From assembly GCA_029260035.1 (NCBI GenBank), contig JAJDEA010000252.1, forward strand, positions 1,125-65,124: a DNA stretch of 64,000 nucleotides, read 5' to 3'. Under the pieces are notes generated by a model. The model was given only the letters and a program-made list of their open reading frames with translations. It did not search any database and was not told the origin of the DNA. Origin of the DNA: Phycisphaerae bacterium (GTDB lineage: Bacteria > Planctomycetota > Phycisphaerae > UBA1845). This document shows positions 9,333 through 19,736 of this stretch, piece after piece. The position numbers were made by a program, and so were the translations under genes. Every line of letters starts with the position of its first letter. Positions within the stretch are counted from its first letter, which is position 1.

Positions 9333-10979
9333 CTATAAGTCGTCGCTCAAATTTGCCGCTGCAGAGTGCTTTCGCTTCAACACGGCAAGCCCGCGAGGAC
9401 CTCGGTGTTCGTCATCGACAAAGAGCTCGTAATTTTCGGAAAACTCCGGCCAATCCGCCCATTTGGCAATACTCGCCCAATCAACAATATATTCCACATT
9501 TTGAAGCAAAACATATTCGCCAATTCGTTTCTCTTTTCGGTACGCAAACGCCTCCGGGTTCACTTTGCCATCGAGGTTCACCGTTCTGTCGTGATAGTAG
9601 CCCAACGTGCCCGTCTGAATCGCGCCTACCCACGTTGATTCCTGCACATTCTCGGCTACCCAATCGACGGTTTGGAAATGCAGATGCGTTTTGCCTTGTC
9701 GAAAGATTCGCCCGTTCAAAGCTACACAGGCAATGAGCGCAACGCCAATGACTAGAACCGGCAAACCTCGCCGGCGTTCTCCACCATCTCGTTCCAGAAA
9801 ATGAACAGATACGCTAGCCAGAATTAAGGCAGAGAGCGTCACGATCGGAAAGAGATACCTCCCCAGAAACGTAGGCATTCCGAAGAATAAGCCGTAATAA
9901 CCCCATAGAGCAATAACGAAGACCGCAAGCGCTGCAACACCCGGCGAATACGATTCAGACAACCTTTGCCGATATCTACAGGCCATTGCAACACACGCCA
10001 TAATCAATGCGCAAGCCGAAAGAATCAGAGCTGGGTGCGATTCTGCCCAACCCGGAACGCGCAGGAGCACGGTTACGTTTTCAACCAGCGCGACGATAGA
10101 CGGGATCAGATTGTGTCCGAATCCAAAGCCGAACATCTCCGCTCGTCCACTGACAGGGACAAGATGCCCGAATTCTGACACATTATACCAAAGCCAAGGC
10201 GTCGCAATGACAACACTTGTCGCGCCAATGATTAGAGACTGTGCAATTGCGGGTTTGAATCGCGATCGTAACGCACCACGAACTAAATGAACCGCCAGGA
10301 TCGCGGCGATCAAAAAACAATTGTCGATTCGAGCGAGAAACGTCACACCAAGCAACGCCCCCAATGCAATGCAATGACCAAGACACAAGGCCTGGTCAAA
10401 CCGATCGCGCCAAACATCGTAGAGCCATATGGACAAGACGATCATCAACGCACACAAACCTGTTTCAAGGCTGTTTTGACTATGCAGGATGGACGTTGGA
10501 CTAACAAACCAAAGCGTCGCGGCGAGGATTGCGACTGACTTCGCGTTCTTACCTTTACAAAACCTCGTCGCCGTCGCGCAATAAATAGCCCCCGCAGTCA
10601 TCAAGCTGATCAGCACCTGCACGCCAACCACCCAATATAAGCCGAGGTACTTGTCACCATTCCAAATGCGATAACCGGCTGCATAGAGAACCGTTGCCAA
10701 CGGCTGGGTGCCATTCGTTTTGACCGTCCCATCCATGACCGAGAAACCATGGCCCATCGCGATGTTTCGAGCGATGGTCAACATTAGATAGCCATCTTCC
10801 GTTACACACTGTCGCTGAAGTCTGGCTCCGCCGTCAATGAGTGGTGCGACGCGAACAAAGAGCGCAAATGCTATCGCAACAAGCCCGGCAGCCACGAACA
10901 CAGTGCGAACGCGCGAGGTCTCATGCACGCCAAGCCCCTTCGAGCTGGCACGAAACGGAATGGTCGATGTATCGTTCAT
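9333..10979 (-). CDS. Polytopic GT-C-type membrane glycosyltransferase
   Basis: Many TM helices; first-loop acidic motif TEDGYLMLTIARNIAMGHGFS...TNGTQPL; LET, LARID, RYLFP; C-terminal GTLGYY...VNLDGKVN. Confidence 0.75.
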   Translation of the reverse strand: MNDTSTIPFRASSKGLGVHETSRVRTVFVAAGLVAIAFALFVRVAPLIDGGARLQRQCVTEDGYLMLTIARNIAMGHGFSVMDGTVKTNGTQPLATVLYAAGYRIWNGDKYLGLYWVVGVQVLISLMTAGAIYCATATRFCKGKNAKSVAILAATLWFVSPTSILHSQNSLETGLCALMIVLSIWLYDVWRDRFDQALCLGHCIALGALLGVTFLARIDNCFLIAAILAVHLVRGALRSRFKPAIAQSLIIGATSVVIATPWLWYNVSEFGHLVPVSGRAEMFGFGFGHNLIPSIVALVENVTVLLRVPGWAESHPALILSACALIMACVAMACRYRQRLSESYSPGVAALAVFVIALWGYYGLFFGMPTFLGRYLFPIVTLSALILASVSVHFLERDGGERRRGLPVLVIGVALIACVALNGRIFRQGKTHLHFQTVDWVAENVQESTWVGAIQTGTLGYYHDRTVNLDGKVNPEAFAYRKEKRIGEYVLLQNVEYIVDWASIAKWADWPEFSENYELFVDDEHRGPRGLAVLKRKHSAAANLSDDL

Positions 10980-10995
10980 TAGGAGTCAACAACTG

Positions 10996-11850
10996 CTAAT
11001 CGAGCGTGTTCTTCCGTCGGACTACTCGCAATCGCCAAAACTCGCGCATCACAAGCCAGAAAAACACGGTGTCTTCGACAAGATATCGCTTCCACAATCG
11101 GCCGGGTTCCTGCAAAAGACGATGAAACCATTCCAGCCCAATTCGTTGCATCCAGCGCGGTGCCCGTGTTACATCACCACAAACAAAACTGAAGCTAATT
11201 CCAACCCCTATACTCAGCCCGGCACCGCAGCGCTCGCGATTGGCGACAATCCAGTTTTCCTGTTTAGGCGAGCCCAATCCTACAAACAATAAATCCGGCT
11301 TAGCATCGCGCACCGCCATGACAATGCGCTCCGATTCGTCCTCATCTTTCTCAAAGCCGAATGGGGGACAATAAGTACCGGCCACACGCAACTTCGGATG
11401 TCTTTCGCCAAGAATCTCCGAACATTTTTGAGCCGAACCAGGCGAGCCTCCCAGGAAAAAAACAGACAAACCCAGGTCCGCCGCTTTGGCACAAAGAGCG
11501 GGAAAAAGATCGGAACCGGCCACCCGTTCCGGCAATGATCGGCCGACAATTCGTGACGCCCAGACAAGTGGCAAGCCATCCGCCACGACCAAATCTGCCT
11601 CCTGGTAAAGCGAACGAACATCAGGGCGACGATGAAATCGAATGACATGGTCCACGTTCGGAGTCACGACGTAGGCACTTCGCTCGTGTCGAGCCAGCGC
11701 GATAATCAACTCCAAGGCGACATCAAATGTCACCGCATGAACAGGCATGCCCAAGAGACAAGTTCGGTACTTATCGAGATCGTCAGGCTTTAATTCCAGC
11801 TTCAAGAATCCACCCGCAGTCAAAACGGCCTCAGCCTGCTTAGCTGCCAT
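10996..11850 (-). CDS. WecB/TagA/CpsF family glycosyltransferase (GT26)
   Basis: VVTPNVDH, VADG, ERVAGSDL, FVGLGSPKQE, RAPRWMQRIGLEWFHRLLQEPGRLWKRY. Confidence 0.95.
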   Translation of the reverse strand: MAAKQAEAVLTAGGFLKLELKPDDLDKYRTCLLGMPVHAVTFDVALELIIALARHERSAYVVTPNVDHVIRFHRRPDVRSLYQEADLVVADGLPLVWASRIVGRSLPERVAGSDLFPALCAKAADLGLSVFFLGGSPGSAQKCSEILGERHPKLRVAGTYCPPFGFEKDEDESERIVMAVRDAKPDLLFVGLGSPKQENWIVANRERCGAGLSIGVGISFSFVCGDVTRAPRWMQRIGLEWFHRLLQEPGRLWKRYLVEDTVFFWLVMREFWRLRVVRRKNTLD

Positions 11851-12692
11851 TTGCGTAAGAACGAACGAAATTCCGCGTCATCATAGCGACGCATCCCCTC
11901 AGCCCACGCTGACAAATATCCCAGGAAGATACACAGCCCGCCTATGACGAACGGCCTTTCCATCATTCGATAGGCCGTAACCGCCAAGGCATAAAGTGGG
12001 TGGGTTCCCATGAAGTACTGCCCTCGTCCCCACCGCTTACGACCATGAAAAATGCTGTGGTACGAGGAACCCATCGGTCGAAGGTGAATGAATCGAAGTT
12101 TCTCATCGCGAAAACTCCGTGCGCGCCAGCCCTTCATCCGACAACGATGGCAATCGATCCCGTCCCACATCACTTCATTTACAAATCCGCCGATATCTTC
12201 AAAACATTTCGATCGATAGAGCTTGCTTTGTCCTTGAGAAAAATCATCGCTTGTCCGCTCAGGCACGAGTTTCGTACCAACGCGAAGCCAACTCTTGCCG
12301 CTCGCCGTGCCGAGTGTTTCGTCCGCGTCGAATTTTTCAAACAACAGCCGAAAATAGTCGGGGCCAAATTCAAGATCACCATCAAGTTTGCAGACAAACT
12401 CAAATTCCTCCAAGCTTACGTCGCCAAGCCCTTCATAGAACGCCTCAACAACGCCGCCACCAACTTTTCGTTTTCCACGATCTGACCGGCTGCGCACGTC
12501 AATCCAATCGTATCGACCGGCGGCTGCCATCGCGATTTCTGCCGTATTGTCCGACGACCCATCGTCCACAATAATCCATCGCGACGGGCGAACGGACTGA
12601 GACACCATCGAATCAATGGTCGTCTGCAGGTATGCAGATTCGTCGCGGACCGGCGAAACAACAACACAACTGCGCTCAGCCTGCTCAGACAT
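11820..12692 (-). CDS. Glycosyltransferase family 2
   Basis: SPVRDE, IIVDDGSSD, KLDGD, WDGID. Confidence 0.92.
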   Translation of the reverse strand: MSEQAERSCVVVSPVRDESAYLQTTIDSMVSQSVRPSRWIIVDDGSSDNTAEIAMAAAGRYDWIDVRSRSDRGKRKVGGGVVEAFYEGLGDVSLEEFEFVCKLDGDLEFGPDYFRLLFEKFDADETLGTASGKSWLRVGTKLVPERTSDDFSQGQSKLYRSKCFEDIGGFVNEVMWDGIDCHRCRMKGWRARSFRDEKLRFIHLRPMGSSYHSIFHGRKRWGRGQYFMGTHPLYALAVTAYRMMERPFVIGGLCIFLGYLSAWAEGMRRYDDAEFRSFLRKWQLSRLRPF

Positions 12693-12695
12693 GAT

Positions 12696-13970
12696 CTATA
12701 TCTCCACAGGCTTGATCGAAGAGGGGTGCGAGTTTTTCTCAGATTGCACCATTGATGGCACAACACGATCGGAAAAAATCTGCGCGAGTTGACGAGCACA
12801 TTCGACTTGCTCGAACTCTGCGCAAACTTTCGCACGACCTCTTCGCCCGTAGGCATCTCTCGCTTCTGCATCGGACGCAAGGTGAACAATCGCATCCGCC
12901 AATTGATCGGCACGACCCGGCGACACAAGCAATCCCGTATTGCGATGCTCAACAAGCTCTGGTATCCCCGCGATTTGAGTGGCAATCACAGGGAGCTCTT
13001 TAGCCATCGCTTCCATCAGGACTACGGGTAACCCCTCGGCCAAGCTCGACAGCACGAATACGTCCGCGCGATCAAAGTAGTCCTGGATTGTATCCTGGCC
13101 AATCGCTCCGGCTAACGTGACACGGTCGCGCAACTCATGGCGATCGATCTCCGCTTCAATTCGAGCGCGTTCAGGCCCTTCTCCAACAATTGTCAGATAA
13201 ACGTCCACACCTCTGTCCACAACTTGACGTAAAGCATGGATAAGGAACTCAAGTCCTTTCTCGGGACCGAGACGCGCAACATTAAGCAGTTGAACTGTTT
13301 TGGTGTCGCCATTCTTTCTCGGCTGTGCGGGCGTAAATAGTGTCGTATCCACGCCGGTATGGACGCAACAGATTTTTCCCCAATCCGCGGGCATACTTTG
13401 CATCATGGCATGCGCTCTGCCGGAATCTGACACACAGATTGTACACGACGCGCTATGAATTTTGTCCTCCAGATTCGATTTTTGCGGATCACCGAAATCA
13501 GATAGGCCGTGCAACGTCAGACTCCACGATCCTCCGCACATGCGAACCGCCAATTTAGCCACATTTGCTGCTACGTTTGCAAAATGCGCATGAACATGGT
13601 TGATTTTTCGTCGCTGAAGTTGGCGAGCAAATAGCCCCGCTTCAATGAAGTAGAAAAAATACCATATTGCGTTTCGCCACCCTGCAGGTCGCTTCGTTAG
13701 CGCCTCCAATAGCGTTTGCACATAACGCACAGGCCCGGTTACCGCCAGGAAAAGATGCGACATGATGACACATGCAGCGCCCGCGGGCAGAATCGCCGAA
13801 GTATTCGCATACTCAGCCTTGTCTACTGCTGATAGCAGTTCAGACTCAGAAACACGACGCATGCTGAACGTGCTCACATCCCAGCCTAGTTTGCGAAGCG
13901 CGCAAACTTCTCGCAAAATGAACGTATGAGACACCGCCGGATATCGGCTTACTATGTACGCAATTTTCAT
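12696..13970 (-). CDS. Glycosyltransferase family 4 (WcaL-like)
   Basis: YPAVSHTFILRE, HVHAHF, VARLGPEKG, SLAEGLPVVLMEAMA. Confidence 0.93.
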   Translation of the reverse strand: MKIAYIVSRYPAVSHTFILREVCALRKLGWDVSTFSMRRVSESELLSAVDKAEYANTSAILPAGAACVIMSHLFLAVTGPVRYVQTLLEALTKRPAGWRNAIWYFFYFIEAGLFARQLQRRKINHVHAHFANVAANVAKLAVRMCGGSWSLTLHGLSDFGDPQKSNLEDKIHSASCTICVSDSGRAHAMMQSMPADWGKICCVHTGVDTTLFTPAQPRKNGDTKTVQLLNVARLGPEKGLEFLIHALRQVVDRGVDVYLTIVGEGPERARIEAEIDRHELRDRVTLAGAIGQDTIQDYFDRADVFVLSSLAEGLPVVLMEAMAKELPVIATQIAGIPELVEHRNTGLLVSPGRADQLADAIVHLASDAEARDAYGRRGRAKVCAEFEQVECARQLAQIFSDRVVPSMVQSEKNSHPSSIKPVEI

Positions 13971-15046
13971 TTGCGATTCGTGTTCCGTGCTCGGCGTATG
14001 AAAAGTGAATCAGCCATTCCTGTCAGTTCCAATTCAAACGTGTTTTGCGAAGGCTTGCCTGACCCGCGGCAAAGACGATCCTCAGCAACAAACAGCCGAC
14101 GTAGCCGAAACGGATCACGCTGTGGTTCGTTCAATCCTGACAACGTCGTCGCGGCTAAGTGATATCCAACCTGCCGACATTTTGTCACCACAATCTCGTT
14201 AAAATCGCCGTTTGGATAAGCAATTGAGCGAACATCAGAATCAATCGTTTCACTCAGAAAATCCCGCGATTCTCTTAGCTCCCCTTCAATTTCGTCAGGA
14301 GAAAGCTGCGTCAAAATCGGGTGCGTCTTGGTATGCGACCCAATCTCATGGCCATCATTTGCCAAACTCCGCAATTGGTCCCGGCTCATAATCCGATCAG
14401 AATTGCCTTCCACAAAACCACAAGACGCTGCCGCCTCTGAGGTGCGTTGTATCAGTTTTTCTCGATCGTCAGGGCTTAGAGCTTTGACTTCATTAACGAT
14501 CGTGCCGACGTCATGACTCTTTACAATCGAGTCGGTCCCCCATTGCTGCCCGAATCTTTCACTTAGTGTCTCGTCAAGCAAACCTTGCCCTCGTCGATCT
14601 TGCGAAAGCAGATAGCTGCAAGAGCGACCTAATCGATCGTACCATGGAGAATCGTTTCTACCGACGAATGCACTGACAACAAAAAACGTTGCTCGAATGT
14701 TTCGAGATTCCAAGATCGGATTTGCAACATCAAAATTGTCGCGGTAACCATCGTCAAACGTAAAGCTCAGCAGGGGTCGCTTTGGGGCCTTGCCGCTTCG
14801 CAATTCAGTGATCGCTTCGCTTAACGGAAGACAATGATATCGCCTCGCACAAAACTCAACATGCGTGCGAAAGACCTCCGGCGTAACCACCAGATCAGGG
14901 AACGGATACCGCTCCCTATCTTCGACCGGCAAAATACGATGGTACATCAGCACTACGAGTGAACGCCGACGAATACGCCGCATCAGCCCGGAAACACCAA
15001 CAGCGTGGAACACGTCGGAAACGCAGTTACGAAAGGCTGTTTTCAT
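13967..15046 (-). CDS. Polysaccharide deacetylase (CE4/NodB)
   Basis: VLMYHRI, TFDDGY, ATFFV, HEIGSHTKTH, AYPNG. Start set at ATG 15046 to avoid the 74-nt overlap with the upstream GT2; the ORF is open to 15181. Confidence 0.9.
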   Translation of the reverse strand: MKTAFRNCVSDVFHAVGVSGLMRRIRRRSLVVLMYHRILPVEDRERYPFPDLVVTPEVFRTHVEFCARRYHCLPLSEAITELRSGKAPKRPLLSFTFDDGYRDNFDVANPILESRNIRATFFVVSAFVGRNDSPWYDRLGRSCSYLLSQDRRGQGLLDETLSERFGQQWGTDSIVKSHDVGTIVNEVKALSPDDREKLIQRTSEAAASCGFVEGNSDRIMSRDQLRSLANDGHEIGSHTKTHPILTQLSPDEIEGELRESRDFLSETIDSDVRSIAYPNGDFNEIVVTKCRQVGYHLAATTLSGLNEPQRDPFRLRRLFVAEDRLCRGSGKPSQNTFELELTGMADSLFIRRARNTNRK

Positions 15047-15107
15047 CCAAGCACTTTTTGATTGCGCAACCGCCAAATCAGCGTTATTCTCGTGGCTGGC
15101 GTATCGT

Positions 15108-16103
15108 TCAATTGCGGTATTCGACCAAAGCTCTAGGCGATCGGCGAAAGAAAGCGCGAACCCAATATCCACACATGCCAACTGTAATCGGCAACTTGCT
15201 CAGATAATGATGGAGCGAATATCGCAGCGCATCCCGCATCGTACCAACTCGGACACGAAGTCGGCATGCATTACGAAACCAAGCAACTGCTTCCAGGAAA
15301 ACCCAAGCTGAAAAAGGCCACCATGATGGCAGCACAATGGACACGACAAGTGCTACAATTCCACCAACAACGTGGATAGGATGCTTCCATCGAGCCTGTC
15401 GCCAGGAGTGCATCCCTCGATGCCTTCCGCCAACCTCAGCATAAGCGTGACCGGTGCGAGTGCATCGCGTCCAATACTGCCGAAATTTGGTCATCCCCAT
15501 GTCATGTCGAGTCATCGGCGCATCTACGCTCAGAATAACTTTGCTCTGTTCGCTACGAATTCGATAGCAAAGATCAGGCTCTTCTCCCGCAATGAGAGAT
15601 TCGTCATATCCTTCAGCTGCAAGTAGCACGTCTTTGCGGAACAGAGCGTCCCCGGCACAGCTGTCGGCCTTGCCCGGAACGACGTACCAATCGTGATGCG
15701 TCCAGAAGTTATAGATACTATGCGAAGGCGCGATTTCCTCTCGCCTGCCGAAAACGCAAGCCACATTTGAATTCTTCATCGCCTCGACTGCTTCGTGAAA
15801 CCATCGAGGGTGGATGATCGTATCGCCGTCGAAGAAATGGACCAGTCCGTGCGTCGCAACAGCTGATCCTGCGTTTCGACCAGCCGCAGCGCAGGGCCTT
15901 TTCGGATTGATCGATATCACCTTGGCACCGAGTTCCTTCGCACGATCTAGGCTGTCGTCGGTCGAATTCGTATCGACATAGATCACTTCGAGGCTCTCGC
16001 GCGGATACTCGCTTTCATTGATCGAGCGCAAACACGCAACCAGCCTATCTCCCTCATTACGGCCGATGACAACAACGCTTATAGGCGGAAGATCAGCGGT
16101 CAT
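15108..16103 (-). CDS. Glycosyltransferase family 2 with C-terminal TM segments
   Basis: SVVVIGRNEG, YVDTNSTD, RNAG, FFDGD, GEEPDLCYR. Confidence 0.92.
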   Translation of the reverse strand: MTADLPPISVVVIGRNEGDRLVACLRSINESEYPRESLEVIYVDTNSTDDSLDRAKELGAKVISINPKRPCAAAGRNAGSAVATHGLVHFFDGDTIIHPRWFHEAVEAMKNSNVACVFGRREEIAPSHSIYNFWTHHDWYVVPGKADSCAGDALFRKDVLLAAEGYDESLIAGEEPDLCYRIRSEQSKVILSVDAPMTRHDMGMTKFRQYWTRCTRTGHAYAEVGGRHRGMHSWRQARWKHPIHVVGGIVALVVSIVLPSWWPFSAWVFLEAVAWFRNACRLRVRVGTMRDALRYSLHHYLSKLPITVGMCGYWVRAFFRRSPRALVEYRN

Positions 16104-17133
16104 CAGCTAAATATGGATTGATAAACAGTGGGAAAGGAATCTGCTTGCGACTGCCAGGTAAACGTCGCGTCAAGGCGGACCATATAGCACGGGGAAGTCT
16201 CAAAGCGGTATTCCAATAAAGCTGCATGAACAATCGCCGTTCGAGTATCGCCATGCGAGACTGATTGGATCCTAACGTATTAGCCTTGATCCAAACAATA
16301 GCGGACAGAATAAGATGTACCGTCTCCACGAGTGCCGCATATATAACGCTTCGGTGTTTCGCGAAATAGCGAACCCGACTGTTGCGCTCTACCGTCATAT
16401 ACTTAATACGAGCCTTGGGGTTCGGGTTTGACTGTGGCTCGCTTTGCCGATCCAGGTGCGTAATGACAGCATCGGGCGTATACCATACTTCGTATCCCTT
16501 TTTCTTAACTCGGTGACACCAATCGACTTCATCGTAAGTCAGGAAGAAATAGGGGTCCAACCCGCCGACGCGGTCTAAAACTTCCTTTCGTGTTAAGATT
16601 ACGGCACCGCAAACCCAATCAACTTTACGAGGCGTTTCGCCATCCCAAAACGAAATATGAAATTTCCCGCAGAATCGATTGTCCGGAAATCGATAGGCCA
16701 GCCCTGAAAAGTGCATTGCATACGTCAGTGCTGACGGAAACGCACGCGCTGAAACCTGACGTGAGCCATCGCCATTGAGAAGTTTACATCCTACCGCACC
16801 AACGTGAGGCCGATCTGCAAGGAAGGCAATCATTCGCTCGATCGCGCCTTCATGGACAACCGTATCGGGGTTAAGGAGTAGAACATACCGTCCATTGGCG
16901 ATGGCGAAAGCGCGGTTGTTCGCCTCGGCAAATCCGAGATTGGCACGGTTTTCCAAAACTCGAATGCCTGGAAACTCCGTACGAATCCAATCGAGTGAGC
17001 CGTCAACGCTCCCGTTGTCGCTGACGATCACCTCTGCATCCACGCCCTTCAGGTTCTCAAAGAGCGACGGCAGACACGCCTCCAGGACTCGCCAGTTGTT
17101 GTAGTTTACAATGACAACAGAAAGGTCAATCAT
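16093..17133 (-). CDS. Glycosyltransferase family 2, WbbL/GT2_like_c type (possible rhamnosyltransferase)
   Basis: SVVIVNYN, DNGSVDG, NLGFAEANN, LLLNPD, VDWVCGA, DEVDWCHR. Adjacent to the rmlC/rmlD-like genes. Confidence 0.9.
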   Translation of the reverse strand: MIDLSVVIVNYNNWRVLEACLPSLFENLKGVDAEVIVSDNGSVDGSLDWIRTEFPGIRVLENRANLGFAEANNRAFAIANGRYVLLLNPDTVVHEGAIERMIAFLADRPHVGAVGCKLLNGDGSRQVSARAFPSALTYAMHFSGLAYRFPDNRFCGKFHISFWDGETPRKVDWVCGAVILTRKEVLDRVGGLDPYFFLTYDEVDWCHRVKKKGYEVWYTPDAVITHLDRQSEPQSNPNPKARIKYMTVERNSRVRYFAKHRSVIYAALVETVHLILSAIVWIKANTLGSNQSRMAILERRLFMQLYWNTALRLPRAIWSALTRRLPGSRKQIPFPLFINPYLADDR

Positions 17134-17160
17134 GCGACACTATCAAAACGATACTCTGGA

Positions 17161-17628
17161 CTATTTCGCAACAATTTGCCACGGATTCTCACCAATCAGT
17201 TCATCGAAATGGCTCGGCGACACGCGTACTTCGTCCGGCTTTTCCGCGTTGTATTCATGGCTGGCCGTGCTACACATCAAGGTGTCCGGCTCCAGGCTCA
17301 TCCAGCCGTGATAGACACCTGGCGGCACGACAACCAAACTCGGCGTCCTTCCGGTTCCCACCAAAATGTCAAATTTTCGATAGGTCGGGCTTGTTTCGCG
17401 ATCATCCACGAGCACAAATTTCGCCGCTCCGTGAACAATGCAGAACCAATCGTGCAGTTCTTCATGTTTATGGTAGGCGCGTGTCACATATTCGATCCGA
17501 TCGCCGACCATGTAAACCTGTCCAAACTTCGACACAAATGGATCGCTGCCGTGAAGCACTTCGTACAAATAGCCTCGATCATCCTCATGCACTTTCAAAT
17601 TGATTTGCTGTACGTCATGAATATTCAT
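17161..17628 (-). CDS. dTDP-4-dehydrorhamnose 3,5-epimerase family cupin (RmlC-like)
   Basis: EDDRGYLYE, RAYHKH, VDDRETSPTY, VPPGVYHG. Confidence 0.87.
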   Translation of the reverse strand: MNIHDVQQINLKVHEDDRGYLYEVLHGSDPFVSKFGQVYMVGDRIEYVTRAYHKHEELHDWFCIVHGAAKFVLVDDRETSPTYRKFDILVGTGRTPSLVVVPPGVYHGWMSLEPDTLMCSTASHEYNAEKPDEVRVSPSHFDELIGENPWQIVAK

Positions 17629-17687
17629 GTAATTTTTCCATTTTCATTTTTTCGAATGCCGGCACTGCCTAACCGACGAAACCAGTA

Positions 17688-18557
17688 TTAACTCGCCTTA
17701 ACGACACCTTTTTCAATCAGATATGCTTCCAATGCCTCTCGCCAGTGCCTCATTTGCGGCACGTTTTCGCCGTGCAAACGTTCACTGTCCATTCTTGAGT
17801 AAGCTGGCCTGCGTGCCTTACCGGGAAATGCAGATGAATCGACAGGTTCGATTGGGTAGTCCACGCCAGCAATCGCCAACGTCGAGGTCGCAAAATCGTA
17901 CCATGTACACCCATCACCATTGGTCAAGTGATACGTCCCAACATGTCCTGCTTCAACCAGCGAGATCACAGCCTGCACCAAATCCAGTGTATAAGTCGGT
18001 GACATAATCTGGTCATTCACAACACGCAACGGATCTCCTGATTCCGCCCGCGAGAGAATCATCTCGGGGAACGTCCATCCTTTTCGGCTCGTCACCACGC
18101 CAAACAAGCTGCTACTCCGCACGACAAGGTGATCGTCCGTAGCCAGGCGCACAAGCTGTTCGCCAGCCGACTTGCTAGCACCATAAACGTTCACAGGCCC
18201 TACGAGGTCCGATTCCAGATAAGGCGTGGATCGATCGTGTTGCTCGCCGAAAACATAATCTGAACTGAAGAAGACGACTTTGGCGCCCTGGCTCTTGGCT
18301 GCCCGGGCGACATGCAAAGCGCCCAACGCATTCACATCAAAAGCCTTCCGGCCATCTTCTTCGCAGCCGTTGACATCGTGATAAGCAGCCAAATTGACGA
18401 TCACGTCCGCTTCGACTTGAGCCAATCGGTCGCATACCGCGTCACCATTCGCGATGTCAATACCCTCATGCGTCAGCGCGATCACGCAATCCTCCGGCAG
18501 GCATTTCTGAAACTCCTGACCAACTTGCCCCGCAGCACCAATTATGGCGTATTTCAT
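17688..18557 (-). CDS. rfbD: dTDP-4-dehydrorhamnose reductase (RmlD)
   Basis: GAAGQVG, NLAAY, SSDYVF, YGASK, VVNDQIMSPTY, ARRPAYS. Confidence 0.93.
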   Translation of the reverse strand: MKYAIIGAAGQVGQEFQKCLPEDCVIALTHEGIDIANGDAVCDRLAQVEADVIVNLAAYHDVNGCEEDGRKAFDVNALGALHVARAAKSQGAKVVFFSSDYVFGEQHDRSTPYLESDLVGPVNVYGASKSAGEQLVRLATDDHLVVRSSSLFGVVTSRKGWTFPEMILSRAESGDPLRVVNDQIMSPTYTLDLVQAVISLVEAGHVGTYHLTNGDGCTWYDFATSTLAIAGVDYPIEPVDSSAFPGKARRPAYSRMDSERLHGENVPQMRHWREALEAYLIEKGVVKAS

Positions 18558-18648
18558 ATTATCTTCCCAACCAACTGTAATTCAACAAGAGAGTGGTCCT
18601 GCAGAACAGTATCCCCTTCAGGCATAGGCACCAAAGGCCAAAGAGGCT

Positions 18649-19671
18649 CTAGAATACTTTGCCGCCCATAGCCTGGAGCCGCGTTTCCATATCGCAAAGC
18701 AATTCAAGCCAACGGATGTTGTAATAAATTGGGTTCTCAATATCAACACCATGTTCAAGCTTGTCCCACATAGTGTCAACTGACTGGCCCATTTGGAATT
18801 GCGGCTCAAATCCTAAAGTCTCGTGAAACTTTGAGCCTGCTACACGATAGCTGCGTGAAACGCCAACGGGTTGCAGGTCCAGATCGAGACGGATTCCTTT
18901 GTGTCCCTCCAATGTTCGACGAACTTCCTGCGCAATCTGAACAACCTGAAAATTGTCGGTCAGCACATTGAAGACCTGGCTATGCACCTTCTTTTCAGGC
19001 GCCTCAATGGCCATTTGATACGCTGTCACGGCGTCGTCAATATGTAGCATAGGACGCCACATGCGGCCACCTGCATGCAGAGAAAGGCGTCTCTTCGCAT
19101 AGGCGTCGCGCGTAAAGGTATTGACAACTAGGTCGTACCGCATTCGTGGAGACTGTCCGAAGATCGTCCCCTTTCGCAACATCACCGGGCAGAAACTCGC
19201 ATCGGCCAGAGCTAACAGGCCAATCTCCGCCTGGCGCTTCGACCATGAATAAGGCGCTTGCGGATCGACGGGATAATCCTCCGTCCGATACTGATCATCC
19301 GGCGTAAGCGTGTAATAGATCGAACAGGAAGACGCGAATACGAATCGCTTGACGCCGTTTTCCTTGGCGAGTTCGCCCATGCGAATCGTGGCGTCCATGT
19401 TCATCGCTTTGTTAGCAGCCGGGTTGTATTCAGCCGTCGGATCGTTGGATAAGCCCGCCAGGTGGATGATCGCGTCGATGTCCTGCAATTCAGCAGCACC
19501 AATCTCGCGAATGTCCTTCCCGACGATCTCGATCCGATCATCACACTCAGCCAAACCTTCCTTGCCGAACACAAGCTTGTCGATGACACGCACATGATGG
19601 CCTGCTTCAACCAGTTTAGGCACAAGACGGCAGCCAATGTATCCGGCGCCGCCAGTAACGAGAACGTTCAT
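18649..19671 (-). CDS. NAD-dependent epimerase/dehydratase (extended SDR)
   Basis: VTGGAGYIG, IHLAGLSNDP, ASSCSIY, YSWSK, SPRMRYDLVVN. Confidence 0.92.
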   Translation of the reverse strand: MNVLVTGGAGYIGCRLVPKLVEAGHHVRVIDKLVFGKEGLAECDDRIEIVGKDIREIGAAELQDIDAIIHLAGLSNDPTAEYNPAANKAMNMDATIRMGELAKENGVKRFVFASSCSIYYTLTPDDQYRTEDYPVDPQAPYSWSKRQAEIGLLALADASFCPVMLRKGTIFGQSPRMRYDLVVNTFTRDAYAKRRLSLHAGGRMWRPMLHIDDAVTAYQMAIEAPEKKVHSQVFNVLTDNFQVVQIAQEVRRTLEGHKGIRLDLDLQPVGVSRSYRVAGSKFHETLGFEPQFQMGQSVDTMWDKLEHGVDIENPIYYNIRWLELLCDMETRLQAMGGKVF

Positions 19672-19736
19672 ACGAACCCCCTTATTGAAGGATGTCTATT
19701 GGAATTTTTGTTCATACAATGTCACAGACTTTAGAG

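Noticed and set aside
8930..9736. 268-aa plus-strand ORF (similar cases: 39309..40106, 49959..50648, 52401..53078)
   Set aside because: Antisense shadows of well-supported genes.
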